A stretch of 62,580 nucleotides of DNA, filler included. It is 11 parts of 11 records of this genome, joined end to end, with 100 filler letters (N's around TTAATTAATTAA, not from the genome) between each part and the next. Parts side by side here need not be neighbours in the genome. Positions count along the whole stretch, not along the records: positions 10,181 to 14,457 come from SRR7504441_5286; positions 14,558 to 24,877 come from SRR7504441_5288; 9 more parts are not named here. One strand, 5' to 3'. Of the stretch, positions 10,274 through 21,100 are shown one piece after another; positions within the stretch are counted from its first letter, which is position 1; every line of letters starts with the position of its first letter. The notes under the pieces were generated by a model. The model was not told the DNA's origin. It did not search any database and worked only from the letters and a program-made list of their open reading frames with translations. A program made the position numbers and the translations under genes.

Positions 10274-10757
10274 ATCTATAGACCGCATCAGTTGAGACCC
10301 GGATAAGACCCGGAGACCGCACTAGCACCGTGACGGTTGTTAAAGATTCAAAACACATGAATGAATTGTAGTCTGAGTATAGTCTGAGTACTAGTTTAAA
10401 GGGACTCGATAGACTGTCCACAACATTATTTTACAAGGCGACATAACCACGAGACCGCAACAAAGGTGTTCGCAACAAACTGAACAAAGGTGTTCCCCCA
10501 TTGTACACCATTGTCTAATAACCGGTCATAACCCTCCTCTACCCTCCTCGGGTTGTCTGTTAGAGACCCAGACCCTCTACCAGAGGTACGGCGGTAGGGT
10601 CTAGGTCTATAATTTGTCTATAATGGACAATCCTCTGGAGTCTAGAGGTCTTCAGTGGCAGGGGTTGTACTGTACTTGGTACTGTACTGACTCATCAGCG
10701 GCTGTACTGTACGAAGTACAAGACATTCCCCACCGCGCCTTTGCATTCCAGAAGCAA

Positions 10758-12379
10758 ATGCTGCGGCTGCTGCGGCCTCGACAAGTCACCGCTCACAGGC
10801 TGAGCCGGCAGCTACATGTGGCCGTGGGCACCCAGCTGTCTGCTGGCTGGTCATCCCAGCATCAGTGGTTGTGCCGCGTGCTGCCCTCGAGGATGAGCCT
10901 ACTACGAGCAGTGCCGGTCCCACAGCCAGGGCCAACCCCGGAGACAAAGTTGGCCGTGCCCTTGACCTGGGGGCACCTGCTCCGCATATCCAAGCGGCTG
11001 CTCATGTACATTGCCCTCGGGCTGCCCATACTCGTGTTCGCGCTCCCGTTCTGGGCCCTGAGGCAGTCCAAGGCGATGGCGCCCGGGGTGGAGAGGTTGG
11101 CCTGGGATTACCTCGTCTGGTGCATGGAGACGCTTGGGCCCACCTTCATCAAGTACGGCCAGTGGGCCTCCACTCGGCGCGACCTCTTCCCGGCGCTGCT
11201 GATAGAGAAGCTTTCCCGGCTGCAGGACGGGACCTCGGTGCACTCGTGGGCCGAGACAGAGAGGGCGCTCACTGCCGCGTTCGGCGAGGAGTGGGCCCAG
11301 ACTCTGCAGATAGAGCAGCGGCCGATCGGCTCGGGCTGCGTGGCCCAGGTCTACCAAGGCTGGACCTGTGAGCAAGACGAGGCCGCACCGACACAGGTGG
11401 CAGTCAAGCTGCTGCACCCGGGAGTGATTGAGGTCATCGCTGCGGATATGTCGCTGCTCAAAGCAGCGGCCCGCTGGCTCGAGCTGGTGCCCAGGCTGCG
11501 ATATCTTTCGATCCAGGACACGATCGGCCAATTTGAGCAGGTGATGCTGGCGCAGCTAGACTTGAGGATTGAGGCGGCTAACCTGACCAGATTCAGAGAT
11601 AATTTTGCAGATGATGGAGACTGGATTCGATTCCCACGCCCAATCCACCAAAAGTGCAGCCGCGGCGTGCTTGTAGAGAGCTTCGAGAAAGGCACTTCGA
11701 TTGCCAGAATTATCGAGACGGGTGATGCTGAGCTGCGAACCAAGGTGTGGCATCTGGGGTGCACAATGGTCTTGAATATGATATTCATGCACCGCTTTGT
11801 GCACTCTGACCTCCACCCTGGGAATGTGCTGGTGGACACTAGCGACCCAGTCAAGCCTAGGCTGATCGTGCTGGATGCTGGCCTAGTTACTGCTGTTACG
11901 GCCGAGGAGGGCCAAGGGATGGTGGAGATTGCCATCAATATGTTGAGACACAAAGGATACCAGGCGGGCTGAAGGCTCTGGGTGCTGTTCTGATAAGTGG
12001 GGGGCAGGCGGGCCAGATGATCCTGGACCACACCAAGCGGGCTGCCTGCAAAGACTCAGAAGCCTTCTGCCGTGGAGTGGAGCACATTGTCGATCACTCG
12101 TTCGACGATACCGACAAGTACTCCAGCTTTGGCAAATACATGATGCAAGTGTGCGGTCTGGCTTGCAGCCACCGAGTCAAAGTGGAGCCCACGTACCTCT
12201 CTGTCGCTCTAGCTCTCAAGACCTTAGAGGGAACCAGCATGGCGCTTGATCCTTCGCTTTCCATTATCAGTGAGGCGATCCCAGTATGTTTGAAAGCTCA
12301 GGCACAATATGCAACTGATTCCTTATACGAAGCTGTGTTTGCTAATGGGCGAATCACCTTGTATCCCAAAGACACATAG
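10758..12379 (+). CDS. ABC1/UbiB atypical kinase (ADCK2-like), probably mitochondrial; one GC-AG intron at 11964-12007
   Basis: LGPTFIKYGQWASTRRDLF, PIGSGCVAQVY, VAVKLLHP, HSDLHPGN, LDAGL; Arg-rich N-terminus MLRLLRPRQ. Confidence 0.9.
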
Positions 12380-12606
12380 GTAGACCTGTAGTTTTTATCT
12401 TTATAAGATCCATCATGTAGAATTGATAGTATTAAAATAAATTTAGTATCAAAAGTAATCAAACTTGAACAAAGACGCTCCCGAGACCGAGTCAAAAATA
12501 ACAAATTAAACTTAAATTCATTGTTCATACGCAGTAAACTATACTCGCAACTACTGACATGAAGAGAAGAGCTCAAGAGACTGAGTTCGACTTTGTTCAT
12601 TTAATT

Positions 12607-14457
12607 TCATTCAGACTCTTCATCACTGCTATCATCGTTATTCATCTGTTGTTTGATCCACTCTTGCACCTGAGAAAACGCCTCACTGCGAGTAGCAGCC
12701 ACTAAGCCTACCATCAAGTCGGCGGCACTCAGCTTTTTGGGTCCCGTGATATTTTCCGACACTTGGTCCTCGATTGATCCAATCTTGAGTCGAGACATCA
12801 GGTTGTCCTTGACGCTGACTCTCATCTGCTTGTTGGCCTTCACTAAACTCAAGATATCTCTTCCGCCCTGCACAGCCCCAACGTCAAACGATGGATTCTA
12901 GACCGGTTTGTTAAAGTCACTTCATCGGTGATTTTGCTGTTGTTCATTGTGACCATCACTGGATGCTTCCTGGCGCGTAGTCCAGTCCCAAGTATTTTGG
13001 CCCCTTCGTCATGAACTCCATTTCGGCAGATTCGCACACAGGATAATGCTTCATGCGCTTCGTCAGCCACAAGCGAGCACACCGCAGCCACAGAACCTCC
13101 CCAGCATGAGAGACCATTGTCTCTCAAGTCCTGGTGTGACTGGTCAGGCACGCGGCCGGCTCGGGCTGACCAGATGCTGCAGGAGCGGGGCATGCTGCTG
13201 CAGGGCCGGGACCAGCTCCAGGCAGCCCTTGTCCCCGATCGCATTCGAGCCCAGCCTGAGTTCCTTGAGCTGACTCATTGTGCCTGCACAACTTCAATGG
13301 TGTCGTGAGCAATCACTCACCGCGCTTGCAACTAGTTGCGAGCACGCAAGCTCCAGCTGATGACACCGATGCATCACTCAGATCCAAAAACTGGATGCTT
13401 CCTGGTCAAACTCGCGTCAGGATGGCCAGCGCACCAGGCAAGCGCACCTGTGGGCAAGCCACCTACCAGTCTTGAGAGCCCGTCATCGCAGAAACAGTTG
13501 AGGCTCAGGTCAATACTCGAGCAGTGGCGCATCAACTCATTCAGAGTCATAGCGCTTTTGGAGCACAGACGGCAGTCACCTGGACACAGCAGGCTGTCAC
13601 TGCTGGTCCGGCACGCGGCCTGACCGAGACTGAGGTGTCTCAGGTCCGGGATCCCCAAGATCGCGCTCTTGAGCCCAGCCAGCCCGGCATCTCCCAGCCG
13701 AGTGTCAAACATCTGAACCGTTGATCATTCGGCCCCGGCCCGCCTGGACCTCGAGCACGCATCCGTCGAGCGCCACGGTTTGTATCGACCGGATCAGCTG
13801 CCCAGCGGCTCCAAGCAACTGGCACAGGCTCGATGCTCGGCTCAGCCTCGGGGCACCTCGAGCGCATCGGCGTGGGCCTGGAATCGGCTGAAATCGGCCA
13901 CTGCCCACAGCCCTTTCGGGGAGCCGTGCCACCAACTGGCGTTTGATTCAAACTTGATCGCCGCCCTCCGCCTCAGCCTGTTCACTTTCTCGAGCTCAGC
14001 CCTGCAACACGCAGTCATTCTGCCGCCCTCGAGTGATCAAACCGACCGCACTGCTGCTGGGCCGTCGGCCGCCCTGCGCGATCCGTACTTGGCCTGTCGG
14101 CTCGCATCCCGGTGCTTTTTGGTGAGCAGCGTGCCCTCTTGCTCCATGTCTGCGTGCAGTTGCCACAGCTCGTCTGCCCAGCTGTCTCCGGTCCGCTCGC
14201 TGCTCGGCTGTCTGTTGGCCCGCTCCAGCTGCTCGCTCAGCTCGCGCTGCTCCTGCAGCAGCCGGCCCCGGGCCGCCTGCTCGTCCAGCAGCGCCTGCAG
14301 CAGCCGGTTCTCCTCCTGGATCCGCTGCTCGGCTGCAGCACGCTGCTCCCTTTCCTCCAGTGACTCTTCTGGGACCGGCTCCGGGGGCCGGACAGGCTGC
14401 TGCTGCGGCTTGGCAGGCTCCGGTGCTGGCTCCGGTGCCGGCTCCGGTGCCGGCTCC
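12607..14457 (-). CDS. Coiled-coil plus ribonuclease-inhibitor-like LRR protein; multi-exon, 5' truncated
   Basis: LGDAGLAGL, IDLSLNCFCDDGLSRL, LDLSDASVSSAG, LRDNGLSCWG, RNGVHDEGAKILG repeats; upstream EPAP repeats and coiled coil. Confidence 0.65.
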
Positions 14458-14557
14458 NNNNNNNNNNNNNNNNNNNNNNNNNNNNNNNNNNNNNNNNNNN
14501 NTTAATTAATTAANNNNNNNNNNNNNNNNNNNNNNNNNNNNNNNNNNNNNNNNNNNN

Positions 14558-15843
14558 CAGTCGCTACGGTGCACGAGCCGCCTGCCCCCCCGACGGGCGG
14601 GTTGTACAAGGAGCCCCCGACGCTGCCTACTATGGGCAGTGTTGCTTCCGCTCCGCCCGAGGAACCTGAGCAGAGCACAGAGGGGCGCGAGCTCCGAATC
14701 CCGATCTTCGAGTGGTTCGGCAAGAATGTGGCCACACTAGTGATTTCCATCCTGGATCCCACATCGCGGGGCAAGGTGGCTAGAGCACTTTAGTCCGATT
14801 TTTGACCTCTCAGTTAGACCCGTCCACCCGACCGATCTCGTGGGCATAGGTGGCGTGCAGCAGCAACGGGATGTGGTGGGCAGTGGAAGCCACTCGGCAG
14901 GTGATGACGGGGAACGGGCTCGGGATTGACCGGCCGCAGGAGGGACGATGTGTAGCCGATCGGTTGCTGCGGGTTGATCACGATCAATTCGGTGATCGGT
15001 CGGCCTTTGCAGCGGTCCGTGTTTGGATTTGGGATCCACACAGCGCCAAGCGGTGGAAGAGAGCAGCTCCGCTCGCTGGAAAGCGACGCGGCCACACCTG
15101 CACAGCGCTGGATGGCAAGCTGTGGGTGGTAGGTGGTTTTACAAGTAGTAGAAGTGAGGGCCGTACGTATACCAAGTGAGGGCTACTGTGCACTGCTATC
15201 CGTTCTAGCTGCTTGTGGCAGGCCGCTGGACTCGGTGGACGTGTTTGATCCATCCAACGGGCCGGGAGGTTCGTGGACCACAGCTGCACCACTCAGCTCT
15301 GCGCGTGCCGAACACAGCTGTACAGCAGCTGACGGCAGACTGTGGGTGGCGGGCGGGAAGGACACGCTCTTCTTCAGGTGCGGCCGCATTCGCATGCTGC
15401 TCACCCGTGTGGTGCTAGCGCTCTGGACTCTGTGGAGGTGTACGACCCAAGCACCGACAAGTGGACTCCAGCTGGCAGCCTGTGCCAAGCCCGGCACGAG
15501 CACCACGGCGACGTGTCGGAGGAGGGCGTCCTCAGGCTGTGGGGCGGGTGGCCGGAGCATGGGTGAGGACGCATGTAGCAGCGTTGTATGAGTCTGTGTG
15601 TGTGTAGTGGCGCGGAGTTGGACAGCGCAGAAGTGTATGACCCAGTGAGCGGCCAGTGGACCGAAACAAAGGACGGGCTAGAGTGCACAATGAGAACCGG
15701 CAACAGATACAGACCAATCGGCTACAAAGGCAGACCTGATGCAAATGAACACCGGGTTGGGGAGCACCGGCTAGAGTGCAGTGAACAGCCATCGCGGCGC
15801 TGGCTTTGTTTGGGACGCTTTCGGTAGTACTGCAACACGCTAG
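14558..15843 (+). CDS. Kelch-repeat protein with a possible F-box-like N-terminal segment; multi-exon, 5' truncated
   Basis: RRGHTCTALDGKLWVVGG, LDSVDVFDP, ARAEHSCTAADGRLWVAGG, LDSVEVYDPSTDKW, DSAEVYDPVSGQW. Confidence 0.8.
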
Positions 15844-15883
15844 AGCACTTTGGTCCGATTTTTGACCTCTCAGCTAGACCCGT
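14779..15883 (+). repeat. 45-bp direct repeat pair (14779-14823 and 15839-15883)
   Basis: gctagagcacttt(a/g)gtccgatttttgacctctcag(t/c)tagacccgt, 43/45 identical. Confidence 0.95.
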
Positions 15884-15897
15884 GCGATTTATAACAT

Positions 15898-16749
15898 TTA
15901 TTCAGCCGGGGGCAAGACATTCACCGTGTGTCCGGTGCTTTGTTCTATAAACTGGCGGAACTGGTCTACCTTGACGGCCACCGAGGCTTGGCATCCATTC
16001 GGGTGGAACTGGAGCCACTGGCTTGCAGCCGCCTTGTGCTCGAGCCAGAACTCAACTGAGCCTGATTTGTCGTTGATTAGCCCGAACGGGGTCACACTCC
16101 CGGGGATCAGCCCCAGCTTGTCCCAGAGCGCCTGCTCAGAGGCAAAGCTGAGCCCCTTGGCAAATGGGAGCTGATTGAGCTTGACTGGGCTGTCTGCCAG
16201 CGCCGAGAGCAAGTACAGCCTCTTCTTTTTGTCCTTGAGGAACAAGTTCTTCATGTGCCCCGCCGCCGCCTCAGGCGATGGGCACAGCTCGTCCGCCTGG
16301 CTGCACGTGTACACCGGCGGATGGAGCAACAGCTCGAATCGGCACCCGGGCAGCTGCTCCGACCAAAACCGGCACATGGCGCGCACGCAGTCCCGGGCCG
16401 AGCGCTCGAGCACCGCCTGCCGGCCAGGGCCGGTGTGCTGGTGCGGGTTGGGCGCTCCGGCCGCTCGGTCGTCGAGCCGCAGGCAGTCAGGCGGCTGGAT
16501 CCCCGGCCAGAGCTGGTGCTGCTCCAGCCGGTGTTCCTCTAGCTCCGCCGCCGAGCCGAAGTGCTCCACGGCCAGCATACAGCCCGGGTGGGCGCACCAC
16601 AGCCGGAGCCCCTTGGGCACAGCACCGTCGGCCGACATCAGCTCTCGCTTGGCCTCGTCCTGCCGGGCGCAGTCGCACCAGGCTGGGCTCGGGCGCGGCT
16701 CGGGCGGCGGCGAGTCCTCCGGCTGGACCCCGGAGCACAGCGCGCCCAT
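15898..16749 (-). CDS. YbaK/ProX (PRORSD1/ProXp-ala-like) aminoacyl-tRNA deacylase with N-terminal extension
   Basis: HPPVYT, KNLFLKDKKKRLYLL, LSFASE, LGLIPGSVTPFGLIND, FHP; first in-frame ATG at 16749. Confidence 0.85.
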   Translation of the reverse strand: MGALCSGVQPEDSPPPEPRPSPAWCDCARQDEAKRELMSADGAVPKGLRLWCAHPGCMLAVEHFGSAAELEEHRLEQHQLWPGIQPPDCLRLDDRAAGAPNPHQHTGPGRQAVLERSARDCVRAMCRFWSEQLPGCRFELLLHPPVYTCSQADELCPSPEAAAGHMKNLFLKDKKKRLYLLSALADSPVKLNQLPFAKGLSFASEQALWDKLGLIPGSVTPFGLINDKSGSVEFWLEHKAAASQWLQFHPNGCQASVAVKVDQFRQFIEQSTGHTVNVLPPAE

Positions 16750-16799
16750 CCGCCGTCGACCCCGAGCGAGAGTCGAAAGGCCACTCGCCAGTGGCAAGC

Positions 16800-17960
16800 A
16801 TGCGGATAGCACGGTTGCCCGGGGTGGCCTTGGTCTTGCTGGTGTGCTCGGCCGCGGGCCAGGGCTGCTGGACCGAGCAGTGCGACCCGCAGCGCTCGGG
16901 TGTGCTGTACAGCCCGCTGGGCCTGCCTGCCCGCCTGGCCTGGAGTCATCCGCTCCCCGGGGCGGTGGGCTGCTCGACCGACGGTGACGTGCTCCTGTGT
17001 GCGAGCGCCGGCAGCAACCAATCGGCGGTCCGGTTGGGGCCAGACGGCCGAACAGTCTGGGGCCTTTCGCTCCCGGCCGGCGCGGCGGCCACCGGCGTGG
17101 TCAAGGACGGGGCGGTCTGGCTGCCCGGTCGGGCCCAGCTGGCCGCGGCTACTGCCAGCGAGGGCGATATCGCCTGGGAGGCCGCGGCCGGGGTGCGCGG
17201 GTGCCCGGGGCTGACGGCCAACGGATATTTGCTGGTCGGACTGTCGGACGGTAGCCTGTCGGCCTGGGACGCGGATCAGGGCAACTGCTGGGCAAGCATT
17301 CGGTTGGGGGAGGCGCCGGCCGGAGATTTCTGGGCGGTGGAGGGCTCAGTGGCGGTGGTCGGCAGCCGGGGGTACGTGGCCACCCGGCACTCGGCTGGGC
17401 AGGGCACCCGGCTCTGGGCAGTGGACGTGAGGGAAGAGCCAGTCGGCCGGCTCGACCCCCAGTGGTGGCTGCCCGTACCCGGACTCGATACGGCCGCCGG
17501 GCTCACGGCAAGGGTCGGGTTGGACGCCGCCGCCCGGGTGCTCCTGCTGGGGCAGCTCGGGCTCGGCTCTGTGCGCGATGAGGACTCGTCTGGGGCAGTT
17601 GAGTGGTGGGCGGCGGCCGAGGGGGCGAGCTCTACGTTCGGGATCGTGCAGGATCCTGGCACCGGCGGGGTATGGCTGGCCAACGCGAGCTCATTGGCAC
17701 TGGTCGGGCCAGCCGGTGAGCTGCTGGCCTGCTGGCCGGTCCAGCTTGGCGCCGCCCGCTCTCGCGGCACGCTGCTTGCCGGGCTCAACAGCTCAGTGAT
17801 GCTGGCCGGCTGGGAGCTAGCCGGGGCCGCGGCCATCGATCTGGCCAACGGACGGCAGATCTGGCGCCGGACCGAATCAGTGGTCGGGCAGTTCAACACG
17901 CTGGGTCGGCTGCTGGTGTTTGCTTCGACCGACCAGATCATAGCACTCGGAGATAACTGA
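16800..17960 (+). CDS. Secreted PQQ-like beta-propeller protein, intronless
   Basis: Signal peptide MRIARLPGVALVLLVCSAAG; repeated AxDxxxGxxxW motifs (AWDADQGNCW, AIDLANGRQIW). Confidence 0.7.
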   Translation: MRIARLPGVALVLLVCSAAGQGCWTEQCDPQRSGVLYSPLGLPARLAWSHPLPGAVGCSTDGDVLLCASAGSNQSAVRLGPDGRTVWGLSLPAGAAATGVVKDGAVWLPGRAQLAAATASEGDIAWEAAAGVRGCPGLTANGYLLVGLSDGSLSAWDADQGNCWASIRLGEAPAGDFWAVEGSVAVVGSRGYVATRHSAGQGTRLWAVDVREEPVGRLDPQWWLPVPGLDTAAGLTARVGLDAAARVLLLGQLGLGSVRDEDSSGAVEWWAAAEGASSTFGIVQDPGTGGVWLANASSLALVGPAGELLACWPVQLGAARSRGTLLAGLNSSVMLAGWELAGAAAIDLANGRQIWRRTESVVGQFNTLGRLLVFASTDQIIALGDN

Positions 17961-18143
17961 TCCTCGGATGTATTAAGCGAGTCTAGATCTTGGCTAGCCT
18001 CTTGCCGAGCCGCCGAGCCATCTAACTGTTAGTCATTTGAAAACTAGTTTAAACATTGGTATCCCCTATCAGTACTAGAGCGTACTAGACTACCTTTATA
18101 GATCTTAGCCGCCTGATGGCGGCAGCAGTCCTGGAGTAGCGGG

Positions 18144-21100
18144 ATGGCGGCCCTGTTCGCCGAGGGGCTCCGGCAGGCGCTCGGGCTGCTCGGGCTGGCT
18201 GACGGGCCAGTCCCGGCCGGCCCCCGCGCACGGGCCGCCCTCTGGCTGCTTGGGCTGCCGCCTGATCCGGGGCTGCTGGCCAGACTTGCCGAGGCCATCG
18301 CACAGGTGCCGGGGCGACTGATGGAGCTCAGCCCTGCGGCAGGAGCAGCCGGAGGAAGCGCTGGCCGGTGTGGATGGCTGGCGCGACTGGCGGTCCGGCC
18401 AGCCCGAGCCGGGGCCTGATTGCTGGCCGGCAGGCCCTGCCGTCAGTCGGGGGTCCGTGCGGTGCTCAGTATCTTTGGCAAGAGGTGCGAGCAGCCCGAC
18501 GAGGGGACAGACGAGGAGCTATATCTGGACCAGGCGAGGCTTGGGCCGGCCAGACCGACAGGGCGCCAGGTCGAATTCAACCGGGCGATGGCGGCCATGC
18601 TAAAGAAGCAGCGCTGGTTTGGACGGGAAGGCCGGCGCGAGAATCATCTCCGGCAGGCTGCTCTCAATGCCACCCGAGAGGTGCAGAGCCCTGGCCCAGC
18701 GCTCAGTGTTGACGGCAGCTGGAGGCTGAAGCGCTGACGAGTGCCTACGCTGAGTTCACGCAAAGCAACTGCGGCGAGCAAACCAAGGCCGTGGCTGCGA
18801 AAGTGTGAGGCTGGCTCGGGTCGTTTTGAGTACCCGCGTTTTTAGGTGCATCAGCTGCGTAGGATGAAAGATCAGCGGTATGGTGTGCAGCCGGATGCTC
18901 TGAGCCGAATGCAGGTTGGTCGGGCTAGCTGGTCTGGTGGTTGCCCTGGGTACTGCGGTGCCAGTGTCGCGGCTGCAATCGGACTCAGGGCCAGGCAGGT
19001 TCCCGCACCAGCCATGCGACCGCGATTGGAGGAAGAGATGCGCAGCTTACAGCAAATGTTCACGCTCATTGACACTGGTGGGGACGGCGATGTGGATGTT
19101 GAGGACTTCATTCGCGCGGTCGAGATGGTAGGGATGCATTGGGGGGGTGAAGATGAGCTGCAGCATGCAATTAGAGTCGTCAGTGGCAGCGATCAGGCCT
19201 GCTTTGCTGACTTCGTGCTCATGTGCTGTGATTCGCCACAACTTATTACCCGTCGGTTTGTGCCACGGATGAGATACTTTCTCGACGCCTTTTCACTGTT
19301 TGATGAGGATGGGGAGGGTGAAATCTCGGCTGATGAGCTTCGTGCAGCAATTTCTAAGCTTTTTGGCTGGAGGCCGACCAGGTGAAACAGCTATTCATCC
19401 GGGGTAGAGCAATGGACAGGTACGAATCCGAAAAGATGGTGATGTCAGTCGATGCGGATGGCTCTGGAATCATAGAGTTCAACGAGTTTGTGGTGACGAG
19501 CTACGGCTAGAGTTTATGATTGTCGAACTAGGTGATGATGACAACCACCAAATCAGCTGATCTAGTCAAAATCAAAGAAGAGATTGAAGCGGTGCCCCAG
19601 TGATTTGGGCTCTGTCAGCGTTGGGTAGGTTTATGCAATGTTCATGATGTTTGATCTCGATCCAAAGGGTGCACTTGCTTGCTTCGAGTTTGGCTTTCTT
19701 GAGTTCTGTGCTGTGATGCGCTCAACCGGCCACCGAGCCACTGATGAAGATCTGGCTGCCATGTTTGCTGAGATGGACAATGACGGTAAGGGTCAAGTAT
19801 GCTTCGCTGAATTTGCAGAGATTATGACTGGTGAGCAGACTGAGCTGAGCGACACCATACGGATTCGGTAAACCCTGCTTGTGGTGTCAGCATTAGGGGT
19901 TTGTCTGGCCACAGGTACACCGAACTTGAATCATTCTTTGCTTTGATTGATGAGGATGGTGGAGGATCTGTTGACTTCAATGAGATGGCCAAGATTCTGT
20001 TGCTGCTGGGAAAGCCGCCATCTGGAGAGGACAAGCACCATCTGCTCGTGGCAATCGATGTCGCTCAGGATGAAGAAGTGGGATTTGACCGGTTTGTCAG
20101 ACTTTTAGCTGGAAACTCACTTGAGGTGCACTCCCGGCTGCAGTCTGGAAAGTGATTCGCTGCAGGTGCAACGTCGATTGACCCATGCACTCACTGAGTT
20201 TCGAGAAGCGTTCCTCATCTTTGACGCTGACGGGGGTGGGGTTGTGAATGAGGCAGAATTTGTGACCGCGATGGAGCATGTTTTTGGCTGCACCAACCGG
20301 AGCGCCTCACGCAGAATGATACGTCAATTTGATAAGAATGGGAACGGAGAAATTGACTTTGCTGAGTTTGTGGGGATGATGGCCTTTGACTCGGGGGATG
20401 GGCTTGGACTCAATTCATTACTCAAGAGCCAGCTCGTTGGGTACAGGGAGGCATTCAATTTGTTTGACCGGGACAACGATGGGAACGTGACTGCTGATGA
20501 TCTGATTGCCACATTTAAACTCCTTGCAATAAAGGTGGACGATGACACGGTAGTCTCAATGGTCGAGTCTGCTGATACCGATGGGTCTGGAGAGTTGCAG
20601 TTTCCTGAGTTTGTGCTAGTACTCTCTGCAGCAAGGAATCAGACTGGTGGCAAGGTGAGGCTGGACAAGATCTCTGAGCTCAGAGAGATGTGGGCGTACT
20701 TCGATCAAGATGGTTCTGGATCAATTACTGAGGATGAGATCGCTGTGGTGCTCATCAGCCTTGGAACTGACCCGGAGGCTGCCCCAGTGACTGCGCATGA
20801 TATGATGCTCGCAGCAGATGCTGGCGGAGACGGCCAGATCGAGTTTGAGGAGTTTGTTAAAATCATGTGTCTTGCCCGTAAAGAAGACGATCCTGAGGAT
20901 GACCCTTTGTTTGGGTCTGCTGCAAATGTCGATGTGCTTGAGTTGTTGATGGCACAGCTTGGACCACCAACAGCCCCTAAAGTTGCAGTTCCTGTCTCTA
21001 AGGCTACTCGGCTGCTGAAAAAGAAACAGAACAAAGAGCAGGAGCTAAGCCCAGTCGAGACGCGGACCAAGGAACTAGAGCTGATGCGTACGCAAATTGC

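Noticed and set aside
14779-15883. 45-bp direct repeats as LTRs or a CRISPR array
   Set aside because: Only two copies, no TG..CA ends, no RT/integrase or cas genes; the enclosed DNA is a host kelch gene
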